Below are positions 37,895 through 45,965 of a stretch of DNA of 52,281 nt, in pieces. The notes under the pieces were generated by a model. That model was not told where the DNA came from. It searched no databases and saw only the letters and a program-made list of their open reading frames with translations. The position numbers and the translations under genes were made by a program. Where the stretch lies: positions 1 through 52,281 of the forward strand of contig JAJRTC010000216.1 in the NCBI GenBank assembly GCA_024278445.1. Direction: 5' to 3'. How positions within the stretch are numbered: the first letter of the stretch is position 1; every line of letters starts with the position of its first letter. Source of the DNA: Nitrospirota bacterium (lineage in GTDB: Bacteria > Nitrospinota_A > UBA7883 > JAJRTC01).

Positions 37895-38464
37895 ATGAAA
37901 GACAGACTTAAACTTGGTGCCACAGTTACAGTCATTGCGTTATTTTTCATAGGAAGCGCAGGTTTGGCTAACGCAAACCCGTTTTCAAAAAAGCTCATTA
38001 CCGTTGCGAGAGATAAAACGAACGCAAGCGTAGCGCGTGACCTGATAGCAAAAGGGGCCAACGTTAACACAAGAGATGAAAATGGCGCAACACCGCTCTC
38101 CCTGGCCGCCCAAAATGGGCACAACGCCATTCTCAAGGTTCTTATAGCAAACGGAGCCGACCTGAACGCACAGGATTTTGGCGGACACACACCGCTCATG
38201 TGGGCCGTAACAAAAGGAAATGGTAAATCTGCCAAAATCCTGATTGAAAACGGCGCCGCCCCGGACATGCAAAATCAACACGGCCAAACAGCCCTGATGC
38301 TTTCGGCTCATCTGAACCGCAACTACATAGCCAAAACCTTGCTAAAGGAGGGTGCAAACGTTTCTATAAAGGACGTAAACGGCCATACGGCACATTCATA
38401 CGCCTCAAAACGCAAGTTACCATCAGGAGCCATGATAAGGCTTGTAAGCGGTGAAGTAAGATAA
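37895..38464 (+). CDS. Secreted or periplasmic ankyrin-repeat protein
   Basis: 189 aa. Signal peptide with ...GSAGLANA/NP, then about 4 ANK repeats (NGATPLSLAAQNGHNAILKVLIANGADLNAQD, GGHTPLMWAV..., HGQTALMLSA...). Confidence 0.8.
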   Translation: MKDRLKLGATVTVIALFFIGSAGLANANPFSKKLITVARDKTNASVARDLIAKGANVNTRDENGATPLSLAAQNGHNAILKVLIANGADLNAQDFGGHTPLMWAVTKGNGKSAKILIENGAAPDMQNQHGQTALMLSAHLNRNYIAKTLLKEGANVSIKDVNGHTAHSYASKRKLPSGAMIRLVSGEVR

Positions 38465-38549
38465 CCCCCTCACCTCTTCTTGGCGGTGGAGAGCCTGCGT
38501 GTACTCTTCCGCCAGGGAGAGGATTTTTATAACGGGCGAAGTTACTTGC

Positions 38550-38918
38550 CTATTCAGATTTCTCCGCTGGCGTTTCTTCCTTTTTCGCTTCCTCAGCCAC
38601 TTTTTTCGCGGCTTCCAAAGCGGCATCGTCTTTGGCCTGTTTTTCAGCCGCCTTGGCAAGAGCCGTTTCTTTAGACTGTTTTCTCTTCGCTTCTTTTTCC
38701 TTGGCCGTTTCTAGGTTTTTTTGTTGGCGTGTCGCCATCTCTTCTTTTTTACCTGCCAACGTTTTATTGACACGCATGCTACGCTGTGCGCGTTTTAATC
38801 GTTTTTTAGCCTCTCGAAGTTCTTTACGTTGCTCAGCCGAAAGTTCGCCCTCGCTATTTCCCAAGCCTTTGAGCCTCTCTTTAGATTTCTGAACCGCGTT
38901 TTCTATGGTCTTAGTCAT
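38550..38918 (-). CDS. Hypothetical Lys/Glu/Ala-rich, coiled-coil-like protein
   Basis: 122 aa, highly charged low-complexity sequence. The coding call is moderate, because a long antisense frame also stays open due to the composition. Confidence 0.45.
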   Translation of the reverse strand: MTKTIENAVQKSKERLKGLGNSEGELSAEQRKELREAKKRLKRAQRSMRVNKTLAGKKEEMATRQQKNLETAKEKEAKRKQSKETALAKAAEKQAKDDAALEAAKKVAEEAKKEETPAEKSE

Positions 38919-39079
38919 CTACATCCGCCTTTCAAGTTATCCGCAAAATCACAATGGTACCTATCACAAATTGAGAAAACAACATTTTTCACATATGATA
39001 TCCTTGTTTTTCAGGCCATCCGGTAAAACGAAGGCCTGAAGTCTAGACATTCTACAGGCAACATAGAGGAGTAGCAAGA

Positions 39080-39415
39080 TTGAGCGATCTATCAAAAATA
39101 AATAGCGATATGCGCCTTACCGCCATCAAAACGGTTTTACGAAACCACCCGTTCCTTATAGAAAAACTAACTAAAGAAAATGGCGCTTTTGATACAACAT
39201 CCACACCTGAAGCCCTCGATCTCGACGATCCTGGTGATATATTGATCCGGCTTGCATGGGATATCTGGAACGGCGGAGGGGAAACCGAACTTGACAAAGT
39301 TTTCAACCAGTTATCGGAAGAGGACTTTGTGGCATTTATCGACGGCATGAAAGATTTTCTGGCCCTTCGCAAGAAAATTCATTTTGCATACGTATCAGGC
39401 ATGGAAGACGATTGA
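39080..39415 (+). CDS. Hypothetical acidic protein
   Basis: 111 aa with a TTG start and GAGGAG 7 nt upstream. I recognise no family. Confidence 0.45.
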   Translation: MSDLSKINSDMRLTAIKTVLRNHPFLIEKLTKENGAFDTTSTPEALDLDDPGDILIRLAWDIWNGGGETELDKVFNQLSEEDFVAFIDGMKDFLALRKKIHFAYVSGMEDD

Positions 39416-39541
39416 TTATGTTGGATATATCTTGTTTTCCTTACATGGCAGGCCATATGTCCATTAAAATATGCTAGATGCCATATTACAATAAGGTGCC
39501 TGCCTTACTGCCCAGGAACTTGCGTTCCTGTAAAAAGGGGA

Positions 39542-40993
39542 GTGGCTAGTATGAAGAGAAAAAGGGGAAACGACGATGTCTCGCTGTCTTATGACGATAG
39601 CGCAAGACACAGGGCATTAACTGACCAGACCATAAGCATGATGGCCTGGATGCCGGAATTTAACTTCCTGACCCGTCAGGAAGTAGCCCGGTTGGCTGAA
39701 ATGCCTCCACACACGTTCAAACGTGGCGAAGCCCTGATCGACCCTGCCGATAATTCACAGCGCATCCTTATCATCTTGCTGGCCGGCGAATGCGTAATTG
39801 AAAAAAAGGTAGAAATAAACGGGGAGACTTTCGCAGTAAACATCGAAACTGTACACGCCCCGGCTGTTTTAGGAGAAATAGGGGTTTTTTCATCCGTACA
39901 CAGAACGGCCACCGTCCTCGCGTCACAAAGGTCGGTGGTTCTTTTGGTTCCGGCAGAAACGCTGACAGGCTACTTCGAGCAGTCAAAAGAAACGACAAAA
40001 AAAATGCTCTGGTATTTTGCAAAGCTTGGTGTAATGCGAATAAAAACCAGCACATTGAGCTACGATTCACTGTTCAGAAAATATATAAAAAATGAATCAA
40101 TCAAACCGCATGATTTTACCAAAGACGTGACGGCACTTGAGGAAATTTTGGGAAACGACGTTGAAGCATCTAATATATCGAGCAGTTTTTTCGACCCCGT
40201 CGCAAACCTTCTGGACAGGGTAGACAAGGCATTAGGAGAAGTCACCTATCTTGACCAGATAAAAGACCAGCCCATGCCTGATATACAGCAAGCACCGCCA
40301 ACCTGCATAAACAACCTTTCACTCCTTGCGCGGTCGGTTATGAAATCCGGGAAATACGAAGGCGTACCCATCAAAAAAGCTTTATCTGAAGAATTTGCAA
40401 AAAACCTGAATTTATTTACAAAAGATGACTCTGCAAAAGAATGTATCGATATCATCACAGGTGCGACTTACGACCTTGTAGACCTCTCTCGAACCATCAA
40501 GGAAGCTAATTCAAAGCGCACGACAAAACCGGGCACGCAGAATATGATTGACGGTTTCGAAAAAAGAATGAAAACCGCATTTGATGACACTGTATATCAG
40601 GCAAAAGAACGGTTTTCGGTCGACAAACTTCCCATAAGGCTTGGCAACGACCTGCAATCTGTAATACTCGCAAGATACCTGGTTAAAAAGATAGCGGAAA
40701 TAAAGGCAAGAGTACAAACCGAGCATTTTGAAGACTTGACGAATATTGAGTATACAAAGCCAGGAATAGAAGCCCGTGACTCTGTGGCCATGGAGATATA
40801 TGGCAGGCTTTCCGACCATATTATCGTCCAGCTCCTGATACCCGCGATTATTGAAAATAAAATGAGATATTTCGCCAGCGAATACCCGAAAGATTCTTCA
40901 ATCCTTGATTTTTTAATATTAGGATACAATCTGCACTACCCACCCAAGAAAAAAACGGCTCAGGAAAATCAGTCCCCCCCCTATCCTGTGTAA
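39542..40993 (+). CDS. Cyclic-nucleotide-binding domain protein with unassigned C-terminal region of about 330 aa
   Basis: The cNMP-binding beta-barrel includes the phosphate-binding cassette VLGEIGVFSSVHRTATVLA. The likely real start is the ATG at 39551, with GGGGAG 9 nt upstream. Confidence 0.7.
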   Translation: MASMKRKRGNDDVSLSYDDSARHRALTDQTISMMAWMPEFNFLTRQEVARLAEMPPHTFKRGEALIDPADNSQRILIILLAGECVIEKKVEINGETFAVNIETVHAPAVLGEIGVFSSVHRTATVLASQRSVVLLVPAETLTGYFEQSKETTKKMLWYFAKLGVMRIKTSTLSYDSLFRKYIKNESIKPHDFTKDVTALEEILGNDVEASNISSSFFDPVANLLDRVDKALGEVTYLDQIKDQPMPDIQQAPPTCINNLSLLARSVMKSGKYEGVPIKKALSEEFAKNLNLFTKDDSAKECIDIITGATYDLVDLSRTIKEANSKRTTKPGTQNMIDGFEKRMKTAFDDTVYQAKERFSVDKLPIRLGNDLQSVILARYLVKKIAEIKARVQTEHFEDLTNIEYTKPGIEARDSVAMEIYGRLSDHIIVQLLIPAIIENKMRYFASEYPKDSSILDFLILGYNLHYPPKKKTAQENQSPPYPV

Positions 40994-41115
40994 TCAGGCA
41001 AAAACCTACCAAAACACCAATTTATTTATCAAGCCATGCAATTTTACGGGTTTCGTGGAACAAGAGCCTGTAAAATCAACGACTACCTTGACTCATAGAG
41101 AAAATGTCATGAATA

Positions 41116-43203
41116 ATGCAAGTTAGCATGGTGAAATTCAAACGGCAAAAAATACTAACGGCGATCTACATTATCGCTGTCGCTATAACAGCCTCGGCTA
41201 TAACCAGCGGGTTCTCATACAATAAGTTCAAGGAGATCCTGTTAAACGAGGCCACGCAAAAGGTCACCGCCACCAGGGACACGAACAAGCGGTTTATTGA
41301 GGAGAGCTACGACAGGGTGGCTTCCGCCCTCATCTCCACCGCCGTAAAAAGCGACACGGCAAACATCATACGCGAGTTCGAGGAAGCCCTCTACCTTGTC
41401 AGCCCCTCTTTTGAGTTCGCACTCAAAAAAGTTAAAAAGGAGCTTGCGCGCACGAAAGACCAAATTGCGGACGACAGCCGTTTATACCTTCAGATTCACG
41501 CAAAACGCCACCCTGAGTTTATGCGTGTGGCCACATCACTCGGCCTTGATAATATCCTGCTTATCGAAGCGTCTAAAGGATTTGTAATATATTCGACCAA
41601 GATAAAATCTATTGGCACATCGGTAATGGTATCAGGCCAACTCAACCCGGCCATATCCAAAACCGTACGAAACGTGCTCAAAGGCAAAGAACCGGGGGCA
41701 TCTTTTATCCCGCTTGAAAATCTTCACGGAACAGCCGTTATAGCTATTCCGATAAAAGACGGTGCCAAAATATCTGGCGCATTGGCGTTTATTGTAAAAC
41801 CTGCAATATCTAAAAGCTCGTTATCACTACAAATGTGGCACAGCCTTAACGTAGCTCTGCGCATAACGGATAGCGATGGACGAGCGGTCGCATCTTCAGA
41901 TGACGCAGACGTTAAAATAAACCTGCCCAAGGTAATAATGGATGACGGCGTGGAAACTATAACAAACGCAAACGACGAAAATTTAATCGTCGCATATGCT
42001 CCCCTTGCCATCCCGGGCCTTGATCTTTCTATCACTGCCATAACTTTTGAGCATGAAGCGTTGGCACCTTTGAACAAAGTAAAAAGAATAGCCATTCTGG
42101 CCCTGCTGACAGCCACTATTATTGCCGTTATTATTTTTCTTCTGATCTTGAAAAACTTCTTTTCGCCACTTGAAATACTTGGCGAAGGAATGAAAGCCGT
42201 CGCAAGCTCTGGAGCAACGTTAGAAAAGCCGCTAAACCGGGAAAAAGCTAAATGGGCCAAGTCTCTTTTTGACCTGTTTAATAACATGAACCTGCGTTTA
42301 GGCGACGCTATCAAAGAAACGAAATCAAACTATACGGCACTTGCACGTTATATCGACAAGTTAGAGGAGGGAATAGAACAGCATAGTGGAGCGGTTACGG
42401 GTAAAACAAAAGGTATAGATGAAGAACTTATAAAAACGATACGACGCCAGGAAGAGGAAATAGCAAGGCTGAGGGGAAAGCTTAAAAAATTCAAAAAGAA
42501 CCTGGCGACGGCAGATGATATGAGAGAGCGCGTTCTGGCCATGGCAAGCCCGGAAACAAAAAACCGCCTTGCAACCGCGACCAGAATCGCAGAGTCTTTA
42601 TACGCAAACGCTCCGAGAACAAGCGAAGTTGCCGTGGGGGCGTTATTAGCCGAGCTTTACGGACTTGAGAAAACAATAGACAGGGCGTTGGCAGGTTTTA
42701 TAAACGGCAAATGTTTTGACGCAACCTCGTTTAAAGAGGTAAGCCTATCGGCTATGGCGAAGGAGGCGGTTAAAAGCATTACAAGTTTGGCGCAGGAAAA
42801 AAATATCCGGCTTAGCTTTAAATCCTCCGCAGAGAACGATATTACACATGTGAACAAGGATCTTATAAGCGTCGCCATGGTTAAATTTTTAGAAAACGCC
42901 ATCATGTTCGCACAGGAAAAAGGCGCCGTTGAAGCGCAGGTCACGGAGAATGATTCCATGGTGCGGTTTGAAGTTAAAAACAGCGGTGAAGGTGTTGAAA
43001 AATGGCAAATACAAAAAATGTTCGACCAGTTCCACACGGGAGAGGGTGAAAACTATGAACAGACGGGGCTGTTTGCCTGCAGGGTGATAATAAAAAATCA
43101 CGATGGAAAAATAGGAGCGGAGAGCGAACCTGGCAAAGGAACTTGCCTTTTTTTTGAACTGCCAAAGGGGCATGAACCCGTGCAGGAAAGTTTGCCCCTT
43201 TAG
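41116..43203 (+). CDS. Transmembrane histidine-kinase-like protein with degenerate catalytic motifs (probable pseudokinase)
   Basis: 695 aa. Layout is TM, an extracytoplasmic domain of about 300 aa, TM, a coiled coil, a DHp-like helix and a GHKL-like domain. The H-box position reads MASPETKNRL (Pro where His is expected), G1 reads KNSGEG (Asn for Asp), G2 reads QTGLFA, and the N-box ENAIMFA is retained. Confidence 0.7.
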   Translation: MQVSMVKFKRQKILTAIYIIAVAITASAITSGFSYNKFKEILLNEATQKVTATRDTNKRFIEESYDRVASALISTAVKSDTANIIREFEEALYLVSPSFEFALKKVKKELARTKDQIADDSRLYLQIHAKRHPEFMRVATSLGLDNILLIEASKGFVIYSTKIKSIGTSVMVSGQLNPAISKTVRNVLKGKEPGASFIPLENLHGTAVIAIPIKDGAKISGALAFIVKPAISKSSLSLQMWHSLNVALRITDSDGRAVASSDDADVKINLPKVIMDDGVETITNANDENLIVAYAPLAIPGLDLSITAITFEHEALAPLNKVKRIAILALLTATIIAVIIFLLILKNFFSPLEILGEGMKAVASSGATLEKPLNREKAKWAKSLFDLFNNMNLRLGDAIKETKSNYTALARYIDKLEEGIEQHSGAVTGKTKGIDEELIKTIRRQEEEIARLRGKLKKFKKNLATADDMRERVLAMASPETKNRLATATRIAESLYANAPRTSEVAVGALLAELYGLEKTIDRALAGFINGKCFDATSFKEVSLSAMAKEAVKSITSLAQEKNIRLSFKSSAENDITHVNKDLISVAMVKFLENAIMFAQEKGAVEAQVTENDSMVRFEVKNSGEGVEKWQIQKMFDQFHTGEGENYEQTGLFACRVIIKNHDGKIGAESEPGKGTCLFFELPKGHEPVQESLPL

Positions 43204-43553
43204 CCAGACGTGTCTTTATATCGTTTCATGGCAACCTTTTCGGTTGTTACAAAGCCGCCGCAGCCAGCTTTTTCGAAAATTTCGTCTACTGCCTTTAGGA
43301 GGCTTTCTATTTTGGACGGCTCGTCGATAACCTCTACCACAACAGGCAGATTCTCCAATAATCTCAAAATCTTTGCGGTGTGAGTTTCCCGCCTCTGCCC
43401 AACGCCCTCTATACCGCGCAGGACGGTAGCACCCATTAGCCCCGTTTGACTGACCAGTTCCAAAACCTTGTCAAAAAGAGGTACCCCATCCAAAAGATCG
43501 GCCTCGCCAATAAAAATCCGCAGGAGCATACCATCCGTAAAATTTTTGTTCAT
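43200..43553 (-). CDS. DUF190 (PII-like) protein, usual CrcB partner
   Basis: 117 aa, LRIFIGEADLLDGVPLFDKVLE...GATVLRGIEGVG. 4-nt overlap with crcB. Confidence 0.75.
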   Translation of the reverse strand: MNKNFTDGMLLRIFIGEADLLDGVPLFDKVLELVSQTGLMGATVLRGIEGVGQRRETHTAKILRLLENLPVVVEVIDEPSKIESLLKAVDEIFEKAGCGGFVTTEKVAMKRYKDTSG

Positions 43554-43921
43554 AATAGCCTCCCCACCACCATGCCGGCATAGGCACCTAAAAGACCCAA
43601 TGCAAGAGAGCCGAACGCATTTAACACGGCAAAGCCAAACATTCCGTCACGCACCATGGATAAGGTCTCATATGAGTATGTGGAAAAAGTGGTAAAACCC
43701 CCAAGAACGCCAACGGTTAAAAAAAGTTTCACGCCGGGATGGATGATATAGCGTGTGCCGGCAGTTTCGATCACCAGGGCAAGCAAAAAACAGCCCACCG
43801 TATTAACGAGCAAGGTTCCATACGGAAACCCAACGCCAAGCCTGCCATGCGCAAAACCAGACACGGCGTAACGTGCCACGGCTCCTATGGCACCCCCAAC
43901 CGCAACAGCGGCGTAACTCAC
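43550..43921 (-). CDS. crcB: Fluoride ion channel CrcB/FluC
   Basis: 123 aa with four hydrophobic helices and GGAIGAVARY...GTLLVNTVGCF...GGFTTFSTY. Confidence 0.9.
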   Translation of the reverse strand: MSYAAVAVGGAIGAVARYAVSGFAHGRLGVGFPYGTLLVNTVGCFLLALVIETAGTRYIIHPGVKLFLTVGVLGGFTTFSTYSYETLSMVRDGMFGFAVLNAFGSLALGLLGAYAGMVVGRLL

Positions 43922-43932
43922 AGGTAGAGTCG

Positions 43933-44757
43933 CTATATTGAAAGAGCCAGGTTCCTCAACCCTTCTGAAAGTTTTTCAAGCCTTTGGGCGGTTTCCGCCG
44001 GAGCCGTTGATGAAAGTTCTTTTAGAGAATTAGCGTTCTTTAAAAGATCATCACTTGCCCTTACGCGTTGCATAACGTCAGTGGTTGTCTCCACATCAGA
44101 CACGGCGTCACGGTTTTCAAGTATCATGCTCAGGTTCTCTTTGCCATCTTCGCTCAACAGGGCCAAATCACCTTTAAGTGTAGCCGCCACACTGTTTGCG
44201 TTGTTTAAGCTCGCGGCCGTTTCCTTTACCCGTGCGTCGAGTACCAGCACGGCAAGAACTGCCGCCGCCGCAAGACCCACGGCGATGAACGACATTATCC
44301 CTTTATCTTTTTTCACTTCAACCACTACAGGGGCAACAGGTTTCGGCGCTTCTACTTTTTCTACTTTTTCTTCTTTCTTTTCCACCTTTTTAGCGGCGGG
44401 CTCTTCTTTTTTCACAATTTTCGGAGCCTTTTCCTCTTTGGCAGGGCGCTCAAGCGCTATCACAGCGGCCTTTTCCGGTTTTTTATTTTCAGGTGTCTTA
44501 ACAATAGAGAGGTTCGATTTTTTCACCTCTTTCGCCGACGCCACAGGTTGTTTGGCCTCGACCTTTGTTTTATCCGGCTTGCCTTTATTTTTATCAGCCG
44601 CAAAAGCGGCAACCGCCTTGTCAGAGTCTGCAAGGCTTATGGAAGCTATAGGGCTTTTTACCTTAATCCCGATCTTGGCAAGTCGATCTACCAACTCGGC
44701 TGTTTCCATCTTCAGTTTTTTTGCCGCTTCGTACACCCGAATTTTATCCATGTTCAT
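43933..44757 (-). CDS. Single-pass membrane protein with IF2_N-like N-terminal domain and Lys/Pro/Glu-rich linker
   Basis: From MNMDKIRVYEAAKKLKMETAELVDRLAKIGIKVKSPIASIS (IF2 N-terminal-like). Followed by a K/E/P/A-rich stretch, the TM helix IMSFIAVGLAAAAVLAVLVL, and a helical tail of about 110 aa. The track ORF extends to 44907, but that extension overlaps the divergent gene. Confidence 0.6.
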   Translation of the reverse strand: MNMDKIRVYEAAKKLKMETAELVDRLAKIGIKVKSPIASISLADSDKAVAAFAADKNKGKPDKTKVEAKQPVASAKEVKKSNLSIVKTPENKKPEKAAVIALERPAKEEKAPKIVKKEEPAAKKVEKKEEKVEKVEAPKPVAPVVVEVKKDKGIMSFIAVGLAAAAVLAVLVLDARVKETAASLNNANSVAATLKGDLALLSEDGKENLSMILENRDAVSDVETTTDVMQRVRASDDLLKNANSLKELSSTAPAETAQRLEKLSEGLRNLALSI

Positions 44758-44867
44758 CACCCGCCCTATGACCGTGTTAGAAATAATAAAGGTATAATGA
44801 GGAATCATAACCCAATGGAACAGCAACGCGCAACACCTCAAAACCGTGCATAAAGAAAACTTTTGAT

Positions 44868-45614
44868 ATGACCATAAAAATACCCGTTCTGGCAATAATT
44901 CAGGCACGCGCAGGCTCTCTGCGTCTGCCGGGGAAAATTTTTGAGTTTATCGGCAAAAAAACAGTGTTAGGCTGGGTCGTGGAACGGCTCAAAAACTCCC
45001 AATTAGTTGATAAAATTATTATAGCCACTTCAACTAACCCTTTGGACGACAAAACGGAATTGTTTTCAAAATCTGTAAACTTACCTGTTTTCCGTGGTTC
45101 AGAGGAGGACGTGCTATGCAGGTTTGCCGAAACCTTAAAAGCCTACCCTGCAAAAAATATAGTCCGCGCAACCGGTGACAACCCCCTCCTGGACACGGCA
45201 ACGCTTGACATTATGATAAAAGCCCACGCAGATCAAAAGACTGACTACACCTCGCTCTCCGGGACAGCCCCGTTAGGTTCCGCTACGGAAGTGATATCAG
45301 CTTTGGCACTAATAAAGGCGCAGAGTGGCGCGAGCGCACAAAACTTAAGGGAACACGTGACACCGTTCATCCACAGCCAGCCGGAAACATTCAAACTGGT
45401 GAAGGTTACGCCCCCCCCATACCTTTTGGGGCGAACAGAGCGCTTTACAGTGGACACAGAGGATGATTTAAAATTTATGCGGGCCGTTTATAAAGCGCTA
45501 GATCGCAAAAAACTCACATTTAACGCACAAAACGCGCTCGATCTGCTTGAAAAACAACCGGAACTTGCAAATATAAACCGCCATGTCAGGCAAAAGGGGT
45601 GGGGAAATCAATGA
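44868..45614 (+). CDS. Cytidylyltransferase-family protein (SpsF / acylneuraminate cytidylyltransferase-like)
   Basis: 248 aa with N-terminal LAIIQARAGSLRLPGK and ATGDNPL motifs. Confidence 0.7.
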   Translation: MTIKIPVLAIIQARAGSLRLPGKIFEFIGKKTVLGWVVERLKNSQLVDKIIIATSTNPLDDKTELFSKSVNLPVFRGSEEDVLCRFAETLKAYPAKNIVRATGDNPLLDTATLDIMIKAHADQKTDYTSLSGTAPLGSATEVISALALIKAQSGASAQNLREHVTPFIHSQPETFKLVKVTPPPYLLGRTERFTVDTEDDLKFMRAVYKALDRKKLTFNAQNALDLLEKQPELANINRHVRQKGWGNQ

Positions 45615-45622
45615 GAGAACAT

Positions 45623-45651
45623 CGATTTTTTATTGACTTTAAAAGGGATAG
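45623..45651 (+). promoter_or_regulatory. Sigma-70-type promoter of rpsT
   Basis: TTGACT (45623-45628), a 17-nt spacer, then CATAAT (45646-45651), about 45 nt before the rpsT GTG. Confidence 0.5.
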
Positions 45652-45697
45652 CCAGCATAATCTCCCTTTTTCAGAAAGTCAGGAGATATTGTAAAAA

Positions 45698-45964
45698 GTG
45701 CCAAATCACAAATCGGCAATAAAAAGAGTCAGGCAAAACAACACGCGCAGAGCCCGCAATGTGACGATTGTCTCATCCATGAGGACAGACATCAAAAAAG
45801 CCCGCGAGGTAATCGCATCCGGTGATAAAGAAGCCGCCGAGAAAGCGGTTCGCGTTGCAGTGGGAGCGCTAAACTCAGCCGCGTCCAAAGGCGTGATACA
45901 CAAAAACTGTGCCGCACGCAGGGTTTCCCGGCTTGCCTTACTGCAGAATAAATCCGCCAGCTAA
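45698..45964 (+). CDS. rpsT: 30S ribosomal protein S20
   Basis: 88 aa with a GTG start, PNHKSAIKRVRQNNTRRARN.... Confidence 0.93.
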   Translation: MPNHKSAIKRVRQNNTRRARNVTIVSSMRTDIKKAREVIASGDKEAAEKAVRVAVGALNSAASKGVIHKNCAARRVSRLALLQNKSAS

Positions 45965-45965
45965 T

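Noticed and set aside
44081-44797. Long antisense ORFs opposite real genes: 44081..44797(+), 41724..42314(-), 48237..48701(+), 49418..49942(+), 50669..51196(+), 1322..1768(+), 29179..29628(-).
   Set aside because: They are shadow frames of confidently identified genes. Their products are low-complexity (S/A/T/F-rich) with no start context, and the opposite strand has clear family motifs.
43922-44867. Fluoride riboswitch upstream of crcB or of the IF2_N-like gene.
   Set aside because: The crcB gap is only 11 nt. In the 44758-44867 region (minus sense) only a loose ATGATTCCT resemblance to the 3' half is present, and I could not find the GGCGAUG 5' core or the pseudoknot partner. This needs an Infernal scan to be certain.
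44758-44907. N-terminal 50-codon extension of the IF2_N-like protein.
   Set aside because: The extension is Cys/Trp/Phe-rich and overlaps the divergent cytidylyltransferase start at 44868. The IF2_N-like domain begins right at the internal MNM start.
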